Part shown: piece by piece, positions 30,003-39,282 of the stretch
How positions within the stretch are numbered: the first letter of the stretch is position 1
Layout: every line of letters begins with the position of its first letter
Assembly (NCBI GenBank): GCA_963788395.1
Contig: CAWBGV010000028.1
Span: forward strand, 18,102-82,101
DNA from: Candidatus Doudnabacteria bacterium
GTDB taxonomy: Bacteria > Patescibacteriota > Doudnabacteria > UBA920
Reading direction: 5' to 3'
Length of the DNA stretch: 64,000 nucleotides
Program-made: the position numbers and the translations under genes
Notes under the pieces: model-generated
What the model was told of the DNA's origin: nothing
Databases searched by the model: none
Seen by the model: only the letters and a program-made list of their open reading frames with translations

Positions 30003-30611
30003 CCCATCCGGGCCCTAAATTTTCTCGCCGTTTCCAAATGGAAAATTTGGGGTAAGGGGCAACACCCCGAACGTAACGGAGTGGCCGCCGAGTAGGCGGA
30101 CACGGAGTGGAGTGAGGGTTGATTGACTGTATCTTTTGGGGCCCCCAATTTTTCTAGCAAGGAAAATTGGGGAAAGGGGCAACAACCCGAACGAACGGAG
30201 TGGCCGCCGAGTAGGCGGACACGGAGTGGAGTGAGGGTTGATTGACTGTATCTTTTGGGGTCCCCCAATTTTTCTAGCAAGGAAAATTGGGGAAAGGGGC
30301 AACAACCCGAACGTAACGGAGTGGCCGCCGAGTAGGCGGACACGGAGTGGAGTGAGGGTTGATTGACTGTATCTTTTGGGGTCCCCAATTTTTCTAGCAA
30401 GGAAAATTGGGGAAAGGGGCAACAACCCGAACGTAACGGAGTGGCCGCCGAGTAGGCGGACACGGAGTGGAGTGAGGGTTGATTGACTGTATCTTTTGGT
30501 GCTCCCCAATTTTTCTAGCAAGGGAAATTGGGGAAAGGGGCAACAACCCGAACGAAACGGAGTGGCCGCCGAGTAGGCGGACACGGAGTGGAGTGAGGGT
30601 TGATTGACCCG
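30003..30611 (-). repeat. tRNA-trailer repeat family, 5 tandem units (119-121-bp period)
   Basis: The junction word tgtatcttttgg occurs at 30128, 30247, 30368 and 30488. The units are near-identical, and the last abuts the CCA of tRNA-Phe. Confidence 0.95.
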
Positions 30612-30686
30612 TGGTGCCGGGCCCCAGAGTCGAACTGGGCACGCCTGCCTCTTCAGGGCAGCGCTCTACCGATGAGCTAGCCCGGC
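30612..30686 (-). tRNA. tRNA-Phe(GAA)
   Basis: GCCGGGC…GCCCGGC, anticodon loop CTGAAGA, T-loop TTCGACT, encoded CCA. Confidence 0.9.
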
Positions 30687-30742
30687 ACGTCGTCGCACTT
30701 TATTCCGGCCTACGAGAATGAATTAAAACCAGCCTCCATAAA

Positions 30743-30941
30743 GTGTTCCTCTTCCCCAAATTCCTTTTCTCTATGTTTTTTCTTCGCTTCGCTTCGAAAA
30801 AACTAAATGTGAAAAGCAATTCGGGGTCCTGCCAATTTTCCATCCCAAATTCAATTGGGAAAATTGGGGCAAGGGGCAACACCCTGAACGTAACGGAGTC
30901 GCGTCCGACGCGACGGAATGGAGTGAAGGGTGATTGACCCG
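30743..30941 (-). repeat. tRNA-trailer repeat family, composite copy (standard unit + inverted long-loop hairpin module)
   Basis: 30823-30941 is a standard unit abutting the tRNA-Val CCA. 30743-30826 is the reverse complement of 47871-47965 in the 16S insertion. Confidence 0.85.
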
Positions 30942-31018
30942 TGGTGGGCGATAAAGGATTCGAACCTTTGGCCTCCTCGGTGTAAACGAGGCGCTCTAAC
31001 CAACTGAGCTAATCGCCC
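30942..31018 (-). tRNA. tRNA-Val(UAC)
   Basis: GGGCGAT…ATCGCCC, anticodon loop TTTACAC, T-loop TTCGAAT, CCA. Confidence 0.9.
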
Positions 31019-31194
31019 CTACTTACCCAGGAGGCTCCGTCTCTTTTAGAATTCCAGGTGCAAAATCGAATTGCTTAGAAACTATAGCAAAAAACCGGTT
31101 TTTTGACAACCATCAAAGCTCTTCCTTAAACAGCCTTGGATGAAGCTAAAAAAAGCTTTCCCTCATATTTATGAGGTAAAATGGCAAAAAGGGC

Positions 31195-31223
31195 TTGAAA
31201 AAACCACTTAAATAGAGTATAAT
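31195..31223 (+). promoter_or_regulatory. sigma70-type promoter
   Basis: TTGAAA, 17 nt, TATAAT, upstream of the 31373 gene. Confidence 0.5.
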
Positions 31224-31372
31224 TATATTCAGAAAGTGCTATAGCGGCACTCTTTTTTATTGCCCGTAAGCTCTAGCAACTTTTCTGGTCACTTAGTATG
31301 TACTTTAAAAGTTAAAGTCTTATTTCCCTTTAAATTAAGGGAAATAGGGGAGAAAGGAGTTTGATTCAAAGA

Positions 31373-32080
31373 ATGAAAGCTCTTTTTACCCTTAAGTCTG
31401 CCATAAATCAGAACATGGTCTTTGCGACTATCATTCTGATCTCGTCAATCTCCTTGGTTTATCCGGAATTGGCCTTAGGCGCAAGCCTTCAGACGAACGG
31501 GCAAAACACAGCCAATCTAGTATTTGAAATCAAAGATCCAAATCAAATTCAAGATATAGTAAGTCCAGATGAAAATCAAAATTCATTAGCCTATAGTACT
31601 ATTGTAAAAGCCGATCCGTTAGTGGTTGATTTACAGAGTTATTTAGAAAAGAACAATTCACCCTTAGCGCCTTACGCGGCCCAGATAGTCCAAATGCCGC
31701 GTTGGGACGACGCCTTAGCCATTAGTTTTGTGGAAAGCAATATGTGCGTCCACCAGATTAATTACAATTGTAGCGGTATGGGCGGCGCTCCCGGCGATCC
31801 AACCTGGCATAAGTATTCAAACTATATGGATTGGTTTAAAGATATGACCAACCTGTTGAATGAACCGCTGTATGCTCAAAAGTATACTACTTTTGCTCAG
31901 ATGCGCGGCGTGTATGTCCAGCCCGGTAGTATCCAATGGGTGCATGGGGCCGAAAAAGTTAAAAGTGATTTAGTCGCCCTGCAGCAGCAAGCTCAGGCCG
32001 AACGCGCTCAAATGATAGCCAGCTATCAGACCGAGCTCGCCACTAACTCCAGTGTTACCCTTTTAGCTGATACGCAATAA
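31373..32080 (+). CDS. secreted hypothetical protein
   Basis: Signal-peptide-like N-terminus (MKALFTLKSAINQNMVFATIILISSISLVYPELALG). No catalytic motif recognised. The TTG at 31361 is too close to the SD. Confidence 0.55.
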   Translation: MKALFTLKSAINQNMVFATIILISSISLVYPELALGASLQTNGQNTANLVFEIKDPNQIQDIVSPDENQNSLAYSTIVKADPLVVDLQSYLEKNNSPLAPYAAQIVQMPRWDDALAISFVESNMCVHQINYNCSGMGGAPGDPTWHKYSNYMDWFKDMTNLLNEPLYAQKYTTFAQMRGVYVQPGSIQWVHGAEKVKSDLVALQQQAQAERAQMIASYQTELATNSSVTLLADTQ

Positions 32081-32159
32081 TTTGGTTCCCCCGCCGCAAG
32101 CGGGGGACTTTTGTTGATTAATTCTTTAATTTCGATTAAAATATAAAAGCTTTTTATCT

Positions 32160-32234
32160 GGTGCAGTGGCGAAGTGGTAACGCGGCGGTCTGCAAAACCG
32201 CAATGCATGGGTTCGATTCCCATCTGCACCTCCA
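32160..32234 (+). tRNA. tRNA-Cys(GCA)
   Basis: GGTGCAG…CTGCACC, anticodon loop CTGCAAA, T-loop TTCGATT, CCA. Confidence 0.9.
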
Positions 32235-32345
32235 CGGGTCAATCAACCCTCACTCTGCTTCGTCCGCCTCGGGCGGACTCCGCTGCGTTCAGGTTGTTGC
32301 CCCTTACCCCAAATTTTCCCTGCTGGAAAAATTTGTGGGCCCCGA
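32235..32345 (+). repeat. tRNA-trailer repeat family, single unit (plus orientation)
   Basis: cgggtcaatcaaccctcactctgcttcg-[tccgcctcgggcgga]-ctccgctgcgttcaggttgttgcccc-ttaccccaaattttcc/ctgct/ggaaaaatttgtggg-ccccgatggg, directly after the CCA. Confidence 0.9.
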
Positions 32346-32378
32346 TGGGAACAGCAAAAGCGGGGCAAAAAGCAATAG

Positions 32379-32464
32379 GCCCGAGTGGCGGAATGGCATA
32401 CGCTATCGACTTAAAATCGATCGCCCTTACGGGATTGAGGGTTCGACTCCCTCCTCGGGCACCA
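32379..32464 (+). tRNA. tRNA-Leu(UAA)
   Basis: GCCCGAG…CTCGGGC, anticodon loop CTTAAAA, long variable arm, CCA. Confidence 0.9.
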
Positions 32465-32595
32465 AAAATTGACAAATATTTTCCTAGATGTTACAGTTGT
32501 TTTGTTATTAATTTTTTGAGGAGTTGAACCAACCCCGTCGCAGCAGCAATTTATTTCAAAACCGCAGCAAGTCAAATCAATGGCTTAATTAAGTG

Positions 32596-32627
32596 TAACG
32601 AATTCATATTTGAGTTCGTTATTTTTT
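32596..32627 (+). terminator. rho-independent terminator of the tRNA-Cys/Leu unit
   Basis: taacgaa / ttcgtta stem followed by TTTTTT. Confidence 0.6.
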
Positions 32628-32709
32628 ATTTTTAGCGAATGGGCATTAGCGAATAGCGAACAGTGCTGTAATACAATTGCCTATTCACCATTCGCTACTC
32701 ACTCTTTAT

Positions 32710-34095
32710 ATGACTACTAAAACCGCATCAAAAAAGAAGAATGGTTTCCGCAAATTCTGGCGTTTGGGTATTGAAGAATACAACACCCAAATGTTCGACA
32801 TCTCGCCCGACGGCGAACTGATAGTGCGCGAAGGTAATTACCAGTACAATGTTTTTGATATTGTCAAAAAATACGGCACCAGCACCGAAATTATGTTCCC
32901 GACTATTATAGAAAACCGGGTGCGGGACTTAATTGAAACCTTTAACGCCTATATTAAAGTTTTGGGCTATCGCGGCAAGTTTTATTACCATTACGCCATG
33001 AAGGCCAACCAGACCAAGGAATTTGTCTTGCCGGCCGTGGCCGAAGGCGCGAACTTAGACGTGGCCAGCGCCAACGAGCTTTTCCTGGTTAAGCGAATGA
33101 TAGAGCAGGATAAATTTAACGCCAAAATTCGCGTTATCTGCAACGGCCCGAAAACCGAAAAATATATTAGCCTTATAGAAGAGCTGCGCGGCAAAGGTTT
33201 AATTGTGGTGCCGATTATCGAAGACTACAACGAGCTGGAACGCTTGGCAAAATTTAAAGGCGAAGTCGGGATTCGGGTAAATTTGGATATTAAAATCCAG
33301 GCTCATTGGGACAAGCGCTTTAACCGCTACGGTTTTACCGAAGAAGAACTCTTAAAAATTGGCAAGGTTAGAAATTTATCTACACTGCATTATCATATTT
33401 CCAAACAGATTGAAAGCGTCCAGGGCTTTATTAAGCCGCTAAAGCGCGCTTTAGCTCTGTATTCTCAAATGAAGGAAAAAAATCCCGGGCTCGATACGCT
33501 GGATATTGGCGGGGGCGCCGGCGTGCCGTTTGAAAAGAAGAAGCATTTTTACAGCGGAAAAAGTTTAATCCAGCAAATTGTCAAAACCGCCAAGAAAGAG
33601 TGCGATAAGCTAAATCTTCGCCACCCGAACTTAATTGTTGAATGGGGCAGCTATGTAGCCGCGCCGGCTCAGATTACGATCTATAAAATTTTGGCCGAAA
33701 AAAATGTAGGCAATAAAGGGAATGTTAAGTGGTACATTATCGACGGCAGCTTTATGAATGATTTAATAGATACCTGGGCTATCCACCAAAAGTGGCACGT
33801 TATCCCGGTCAACCACATGAACACCAAGAAGATGGAAAAAGTCTGGCTGGCGGGCTCCAGCTGCGACAGCGACGATAAATATACGGCCGGCGGGGAATAT
33901 GTGTTATTGCCGCGATTGAGCGAAACGGATGAATTGTATATTGCATTGCTGGATACCGGCGCCTATCAAGATGCCTTGGCTTCGCATCACTGCTTGCTAT
34001 CATCACCAGCCAAACTCATTGCCCAAAACGGCGAAATCAAAGTTGCCCGCAGGCGCGAAATTCCAGAAGAAATAGGGAAGATGTTCGGCTGGTAA
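32710..34095 (+). CDS. PLP-dependent Orn/DAP/Arg decarboxylase family protein (arginine decarboxylase-like)
   Basis: YHYAMKANQ (PLP lysine), DIGGGAGVPF, GSSCDSDDKY. The ATG at 32710 (MTTKTASKKK) is preferred. Confidence 0.75.
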   Translation: MTTKTASKKKNGFRKFWRLGIEEYNTQMFDISPDGELIVREGNYQYNVFDIVKKYGTSTEIMFPTIIENRVRDLIETFNAYIKVLGYRGKFYYHYAMKANQTKEFVLPAVAEGANLDVASANELFLVKRMIEQDKFNAKIRVICNGPKTEKYISLIEELRGKGLIVVPIIEDYNELERLAKFKGEVGIRVNLDIKIQAHWDKRFNRYGFTEEELLKIGKVRNLSTLHYHISKQIESVQGFIKPLKRALALYSQMKEKNPGLDTLDIGGGAGVPFEKKKHFYSGKSLIQQIVKTAKKECDKLNLRHPNLIVEWGSYVAAPAQITIYKILAEKNVGNKGNVKWYIIDGSFMNDLIDTWAIHQKWHVIPVNHMNTKKMEKVWLAGSSCDSDDKYTAGGEYVLLPRLSETDELYIALLDTGAYQDALASHHCLLSSPAKLIAQNGEIKVARRREIPEEIGKMFGW

Positions 34096-34125
34096 GATCG
34101 CGGATGTTGGATTCCAGACAAAATT

Positions 34126-34153
34126 AAAGAGACTCCTTTGCCGGAGTCTCTTT
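34126..34153. terminator. bidirectional terminator
   Basis: aaagagactcc / ggagtctcttt stem between convergent genes. Confidence 0.7.
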
Positions 34154-34161
34154 AAAAATGT

Positions 34162-35364
34162 TTATTTTACTTCTTCCACTTTCTCTTCTACAACTTCTTC
34201 TTTTACTTCCGTCGCAGCTTCTGTGGTTGACTTTTTGGGCGGCTCAGTCATGGCTTTCAGTGAGAGGCCCAGCCGGTGTTCGGCCGGTTCAATAGAGATA
34301 ATCTTGAATTCTTTTTCTTCGCCGGGTTTCAGGACCTCCTCGGCGTTTTTAATAGCTTCGTGGGAAAGTTCCATAACGTGGGCCAAACCCTGGATATCTT
34401 TATCTAATTCCACAAACACGCCAAACGGCATAATCTTGGTGACGGTACCTTTGACTACTTGGCCGATTTGGTACTTTTTGACGGCGTCCAGCCATGGATC
34501 ATTTTGGAGCTGCTTCATAGAAAGCGAAACACGGCCTTTATCTATAGAGATAATCTTGGCGCGGACGCGCTGGCCGACTTTGACAATATCGCGCGGATTT
34601 TCAATGCGTTGCCAGGCCAATTCGGAAATGTGGACCAAGCCTTCCAGCTCGCCAAATTTTAAGAATGCGCCAAAGTCTACGACGCCGGTAATGGTGCCTT
34701 CTACTATTTCGCCAATTTTGAGTTGGCCCAGGCGGTTTTCCATTTCCTTTTCGAACACGGCTTTTTCGCTGACGATCAGTTTTTCCTCGGCCGAGTCGGC
34801 GGTAATAATCTGGACATCAAACGGTTGGCCAACGTAGCTTTGCAAAACGGAAAGAATTTTATTCTTGTCGCCGTCTTCCACGCGGGGATAGTGTTCCAGC
34901 GAAAGTTGGGAAACGGGCAAGAAACCCATAACGTTGTTAATCGAGACCATGAGTCCGCCCTTGTTGGCTTCCAAGATTTTGCTGCGGACGATTTCTTTAC
35001 TTTCCATCTTTTCTTTTAAGGTCTGCCAGACGCGTTCCTGGCCGGCTTGGCGCAGGGACAGTTCAACAATACCTTCTTTGTTTTCCGGCTCCACGACCGA
35101 AACGAAAATTTTGTCGCCGGGCTTGAGCGAGTTAAGGGTTGCTTCGTCATCGTAGAGTTCGCGGCCGCGGACTACGCCGATGCCGTAGCCTTCTAAATCT
35201 ACATAGACTTCGTTTTTGCCGACGGAGATTAAAGTCCCTTCGACCATGTCGCCGGTCTTAAGCACTTTAATATCCACGCCGTTCTCTATGAGTTCCGCCA
35301 TGGTCTGCGCCTTTTGCGCGGCGGGAGAAACGGTTTGGACGGTTGTTATTACTTCTTCGGGCAT
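34162..35364 (-). CDS. rpsA: 30S ribosomal protein S1
   Basis: Four consecutive S1 domains (GDMVEGTLISV…, GKIVKGTV-type repeats, VGQRVRAKIISID…). Start taken at MPEEV. Confidence 0.9.
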   Translation of the reverse strand: MPEEVITTVQTVSPAAQKAQTMAELIENGVDIKVLKTGDMVEGTLISVGKNEVYVDLEGYGIGVVRGRELYDDEATLNSLKPGDKIFVSVVEPENKEGIVELSLRQAGQERVWQTLKEKMESKEIVRSKILEANKGGLMVSINNVMGFLPVSQLSLEHYPRVEDGDKNKILSVLQSYVGQPFDVQIITADSAEEKLIVSEKAVFEKEMENRLGQLKIGEIVEGTITGVVDFGAFLKFGELEGLVHISELAWQRIENPRDIVKVGQRVRAKIISIDKGRVSLSMKQLQNDPWLDAVKKYQIGQVVKGTVTKIMPFGVFVELDKDIQGLAHVMELSHEAIKNAEEVLKPGEEKEFKIISIEPAEHRLGLSLKAMTEPPKKSTTEAATEVKEEVVEEKVEEVK

Positions 35365-35577
35365 CTTAATTCCTTTGCTAACCAATGATGATTTAAAATA
35401 AAACCAACGTTTTAATCGTTGGGGTAATTAAAAACAGTATTGCATTGGTTAATTGTTAAAACAGTGCTTGCTACGGCTCATTTGGGGGTTAATATTTTTA
35501 TAGTTGTTTAAGCACTGCGTACCAAATAAGCATTAAGATTATAGCCTACTTTTAGTCTTAATGCAAGTTCAAAAGGC

Positions 35578-35736
35578 GTAACTGTTCACAGCTCCAATTT
35601 GAGGGTCGCAAAGACAAGGCGATTTTTGCAGCGAGGACTGTTTGAGCCAACTTTATATAAAAATTAATATAGCGGCGAGTTCCGCAGCTAAAAAATCGGC
35701 TTGGCTTTGTGACCATCTGGAGCTATGAACTGTTAC
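35578..35736. repeat. palindromic element, copy 2 (inverted, with central insertion)
   Basis: Its arms are homologous to 1415-1524 in the opposite orientation (…ggctttgtgaccatctggagctatgaactgttac). About 40 extra AT-rich nt sit in the centre. Confidence 0.8.
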
Positions 35737-35781
35737 CGAAAGGCCTTTTCTTTTTGACCAAATAATAGTATAATTCCTTAT

Positions 35782-36411
35782 ATGCAAATACAATATTTTG
35801 GCCTTTCTTCTTTTAAAATCACTACTAAATTAGCTACTATTATCACCGATCCGTTCCATAAAGATTCCGGCCTAACCCCGCCCCGGGGCGCGGCGGATAT
35901 TGTAGTGTTAGCCGAAAAAAATAAAGCATTATATTCCGCCGTTTCCGGCATCTCCGGCGAGTATTTCGAAGTCTTTGATCCTGGTGAATACGACATTAAA
36001 GGCGTAACCATAACCGGCATCCCCTTAAAGCAGGAAGATAAGTACATTACGGTATTTCTGATCGAATCCGAAGATATGCGCATACTCAACCTGACCCACA
36101 TTAAAGACTGGAACATGAAAGAAGATGAAATAGAAGAACTGGGGGAAATAGATATTTTAATTCTGCCGGTTGGCGGCAATACTGTGCTTTCGGCCTCGGC
36201 CGCCTCCAAAGTTGTGAACGAGATCGAACCGAAGATTGTTATTCCGTCCCATTATAAAATGACAGACTTAATCATAGACGTAGATCCTTTGGAGAAATTC
36301 CTTAAAGAAATGGGCGGCAAGAGCGAAAACATGGAAAAACTGACGGTCAAGAAAAAAGATTTGCAGGACGAGGAAGGCGCAAAAGTAATAGTTTTAGAGC
36401 CGCTCCGATGA
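35782..36411 (+). CDS. MBL-fold metal-dependent hydrolase (UPF0173-like)
   Basis: N-terminus MQIQYFGLSSFKITTK…IITDPF and overall length are typical for this family. Confidence 0.65.
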   Translation: MQIQYFGLSSFKITTKLATIITDPFHKDSGLTPPRGAADIVVLAEKNKALYSAVSGISGEYFEVFDPGEYDIKGVTITGIPLKQEDKYITVFLIESEDMRILNLTHIKDWNMKEDEIEELGEIDILILPVGGNTVLSASAASKVVNEIEPKIVIPSHYKMTDLIIDVDPLEKFLKEMGGKSENMEKLTVKKKDLQDEEGAKVIVLEPLR

Positions 36412-36474
36412 TAGATCTTGGAATAAACTTTACTTAATTATCTCGATTATGTTCAATTTTATTTAATTGTTATT

Positions 36475-36690
36475 ATGTCCTTGATTGAGTCCCTGCAAAA
36501 AAAGTCGCCCGAGCAAAAAATGCGAATTATTTGGGCCACGGTGATTGTGGCATTTATATTGCTGATGGTACTGTGGATTCTGACCACCAGGATTGGCAAG
36601 AAAATGCCGACCGATACGACCATGTTCAAAGCCATCGGTCAGGGCGTAGAAGATGTAAAAAATAATTATCAGAATAATGCGGGAAAGTAA
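36475..36690 (+). CDS. small single-pass membrane protein
   Basis: 71 aa with one TM segment (IIWATVIVAFILLMVLWILTT). Confidence 0.5.
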   Translation: MSLIESLQKKSPEQKMRIIWATVIVAFILLMVLWILTTRIGKKMPTDTTMFKAIGQGVEDVKNNYQNNAGK

Positions 36691-36729
36691 AAAAGAGAGT
36701 TACTATAAATTTAACGAGTTTTAATCCAC

Positions 36730-39195
36730 ATGCCGAAAGATTCATCCAAACCACTTTCCGATAATATTGGCGTAGTCCATCAGCGTACCATTGAGAGTGA
36801 AATGCAGGAGTCGTATTTGGATTATGCCATGAGCGTAATTGTGGCCCGGGCCTTACCGGACGTGCGCGACGGACTTAAGCCGGTGCACCGCCGGATTTTG
36901 TACGTCATGCATGAAAACGGTTTGCGCCATAACGTCAAATTTAAAAAGTCCGCCGATACCGTCGGTTCGGTGCTGGGACGCTATCATCCGCACGGCGACT
37001 CTTCCGTCTACGACGCCATGGTTCACATGGCCCAGGATTTTTCCATGCGGTATCCGCTCATAGACGGTCAGGGAAACTTTGGTTCGTTAGACGGCGACCC
37101 GGCCGCGGCCTATCGGTACACGGAATCGCGCATGTCAGCCTTAGCCGAAATTTTGCTGGAAGACTTAGAAAAAGATACCGTGGATTTTCGCGACAACTTT
37201 GACGCTAGCCGCAAGGAGCCTTCGGTCTTGCCGGGCAAGCTTCCCAACCTGTTATTGAACGGGACTTTGGGAATTGCCGTCGGCATGGCCACCGATATTC
37301 CTCCGCACAACCTGACCGAAATTTGCAATGCCATTATCAAACTGATCGACGACCCCGAGGCCACTTCCGAAGACCTCTTGGAGTTTGTCACCGGTCCTGA
37401 TTTTCCGACCGGCGGAATTATTTACGATATTAACGCCATTCGAAACGCGTATGCTACCGGCAAAGGCAGTATTGTAATGCGCGCTAAAACGGAAATTATT
37501 GAGACCAAGAGCGGCGCCTTCCAGATTATTGTCAACGAAATTCCGTATCGGGTGAACAAAGCTACCTTGCTGGAGAAAATCGCCGAACTGGTGCGCGATA
37601 AAAAAGTAGAAGGTATCCGTGATGTCCGCGATGAATCCGATAAAGACGGCGTGCGCGTGGTTATAGATATCAAAAAAGAAGGCTTGCCGAACAAAATTTT
37701 AAACCAATTATTTTCGTTTACCCAGCTACAAGAGACCTTCCACATGAACATGCTGGCGCTGGTAGACGGTATTGAACCGCACGTCTTGAACTTAAAGACC
37801 GTGCTGGAAAAATATTTGGAGCACCGGCAGACCGTGATTCGCCGCCGCACCGCTTTTGAGTTAAAAAAAGCCAAAGACCGCGCGCATATTTTGGAAGGCT
37901 TAACCAAAGCCCTGGACCATATTGATGAGGTTATTAATACTATTCGCAAGAGTCCGACTAAAGAAGAAGCAAAAGTTAACTTAATCAAAAAATTCAAACT
38001 GACCGAAATTCAGGCTGATGCCATTTTGGAAATGCGCCTGCAGACTCTGGCCGGACTGGAACGCAAGAAAATAGAAGATGAATTAAAAGAAAAGAAAGCG
38101 CTGATTGAAGAACTGGAAGGTATTTTGCAGTCCAATAAAAAGATTTTAGGCATCATCAAAAAAGAGGTGGTGGAAATGCGGGACAAGTACGGCGATGAAC
38201 GCCGCACGCAGGTGGTAAAGAGCGCGGTGGGGACATTTAGCGCCGAAGATCTGATTCCGGAAGAAAACGTCATTATTACCATTACCAAATCCGGCTATGT
38301 AAAACGTCTCGCGCCGGACACCTACCGCAGCCAGAGCCGCGGCGGCAAGGGCGTAATTGGGCAGACATTGAAGGAAGAGGATGTGGTAGAAAAACTGATT
38401 TCTTCCAACACCCACGACGATATTTTATTCTTTACCAACAAAGGCCGGGTTTTCCAGACTAAAGTCTATGAACTGCCGGAAGGCAGCCGCGTGTCCAAAG
38501 GGCAGGCCTTGGTTAACTTTTTGCAGCTGACGGCAGACGAATACACCACGGGCGTTTTGACGTTCTCTAAAAAGGACGAGGTTAAGTTTTTGGTTATGTC
38601 GACCAAGAACGGCCTGATTAAAAAAGTTCCGCGGGAAGAATTCGCCAAAGTCCGCCGCAGCGGCATGATTGCCATTTCCCTGAAGCCCGGCGACGAACTC
38701 AAGTGGGTAGAGTGCTCTTCCGGCGATGACCAGGTTATGCTGTCCACGGAAAACGGCCAAGCCATCCGTTTTAGTGAAAAAGATGTCCGCCCCATGGGCC
38801 GCACGGCCAGCGGCGTTGGCGGCATGAGGCTCAAAAAGGACGATAAAATTATTAGCATGGATGTTATCCGCAAGTCTGCCGATGTTAAGAACTTGTCGGT
38901 CCTGATTGTGACCGAGAACGGTTTGGGCAAGCGTACGGAACTTGCTTATTATAAAATTCAAAAGCGGGCCGGCAGCGGTATTAAAACGCTTAAGGTTACT
39001 CCCAAAACCGGCAAGATCGTTTCGATGTATATTTTGGACGGCAAAGAAGAACGCGACCTGGTTGTGATTTCCCGCGCCGGCCAAACCATCCGCACGCCAT
39101 TGAACAATGTCTCTATGCTCGGCCGAGCCACCCAAGGGGTTCGAATTATGCGCCTCGACGAAGGCGACAAAGTAGCCGGCTCAGCAATAATCTAA
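36730..39195 (+). CDS. gyrA: DNA gyrase subunit A
   Basis: [32 protein letters not shown], active-site [10 protein letters not shown], and C-terminal beta-pinwheel repeats. Confidence 0.95.
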   Translation: MPKDSSKPLSDNIGVVHQRTIESEMQESYLDYAMSVIVARALPDVRDGLKPVHRRILYVMHENGLRHNVKFKKSADTVGSVLGRYHPHGDSSVYDAMVHMAQDFSMRYPLIDGQGNFGSLDGDPAAAYRYTESRMSALAEILLEDLEKDTVDFRDNFDASRKEPSVLPGKLPNLLLNGTLGIAVGMATDIPPHNLTEICNAIIKLIDDPEATSEDLLEFVTGPDFPTGGIIYDINAIRNAYATGKGSIVMRAKTEIIETKSGAFQIIVNEIPYRVNKATLLEKIAELVRDKKVEGIRDVRDESDKDGVRVVIDIKKEGLPNKILNQLFSFTQLQETFHMNMLALVDGIEPHVLNLKTVLEKYLEHRQTVIRRRTAFELKKAKDRAHILEGLTKALDHIDEVINTIRKSPTKEEAKVNLIKKFKLTEIQADAILEMRLQTLAGLERKKIEDELKEKKALIEELEGILQSNKKILGIIKKEVVEMRDKYGDERRTQVVKSAVGTFSAEDLIPEENVIITITKSGYVKRLAPDTYRSQSRGGKGVIGQTLKEEDVVEKLISSNTHDDILFFTNKGRVFQTKVYELPEGSRVSKGQALVNFLQLTADEYTTGVLTFSKKDEVKFLVMSTKNGLIKKVPREEFAKVRRSGMIAISLKPGDELKWVECSSGDDQVMLSTENGQAIRFSEKDVRPMGRTASGVGGMRLKKDDKIISMDVIRKSADVKNLSVLIVTENGLGKRTELAYYKIQKRAGSGIKTLKVTPKTGKIVSMYILDGKEERDLVVISRAGQTIRTPLNNVSMLGRATQGVRIMRLDEGDKVAGSAII

Positions 39196-39205
39196 ACATT
39201 TAAAA

Positions 39206-39238
39206 ATAACCTTCCTAAATTGGGAAGGTTATTTTTTT
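39206..39238 (+). terminator. rho-independent terminator after gyrA
   Basis: ataaccttcc / ggaaggttat stem followed by T7. Confidence 0.8.
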
Positions 39239-39282
39239 GCTAAAAAATAAATTTTTGAAATGGGAGGATTGGTTTTATTGTT

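Noticed and set aside
30003-30611. The regular ~120-bp tandem array could be mistaken for a CRISPR array.
   Set aside because: Adjacent units are near-identical over their whole length. There are no unique spacers, the period is too long, and there are no cas genes in the window.
30003-30611. Known small self-cleaving ribozymes (hammerhead CUGAUGA…GAAA, twister, pistol) within the repeat unit.
   Set aside because: By eye, the hammerhead core is absent on both strands. A GUGGAGUGAGGG stretch only vaguely recalls twister. This is not enough to claim a ribozyme, and it needs a covariance-model scan.
29975-30642. Long minus-strand ORFs (162, 189 and 82 aa) with internally repeated peptide sequence (…SAYSAATPLRSGCCPFPQFSLLEKLG…).
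   Set aside because: They are translation artefacts of the tandem DNA repeat and overlap tRNA-Phe. Two frames are open simultaneously and there are no start signals.
32161-32527. ORFs 32161-32472, 32174-32527 and 32239-32475.
   Set aside because: They overlap tRNA-Cys, the repeat unit and tRNA-Leu(UAA), and are spurious.
38425-39135. 236-aa minus-strand ORF, and other long antisense ORFs inside gyrA, infB (2195-2833), rpsA (34223-34837) and the GC-rich island (for example 14569-14922, 15181-15594, 20490-21029, 23207-23752).
   Set aside because: These are shadow ORFs opposite well-supported genes or in GC-rich DNA, with biased, low-complexity composition and no start signals.
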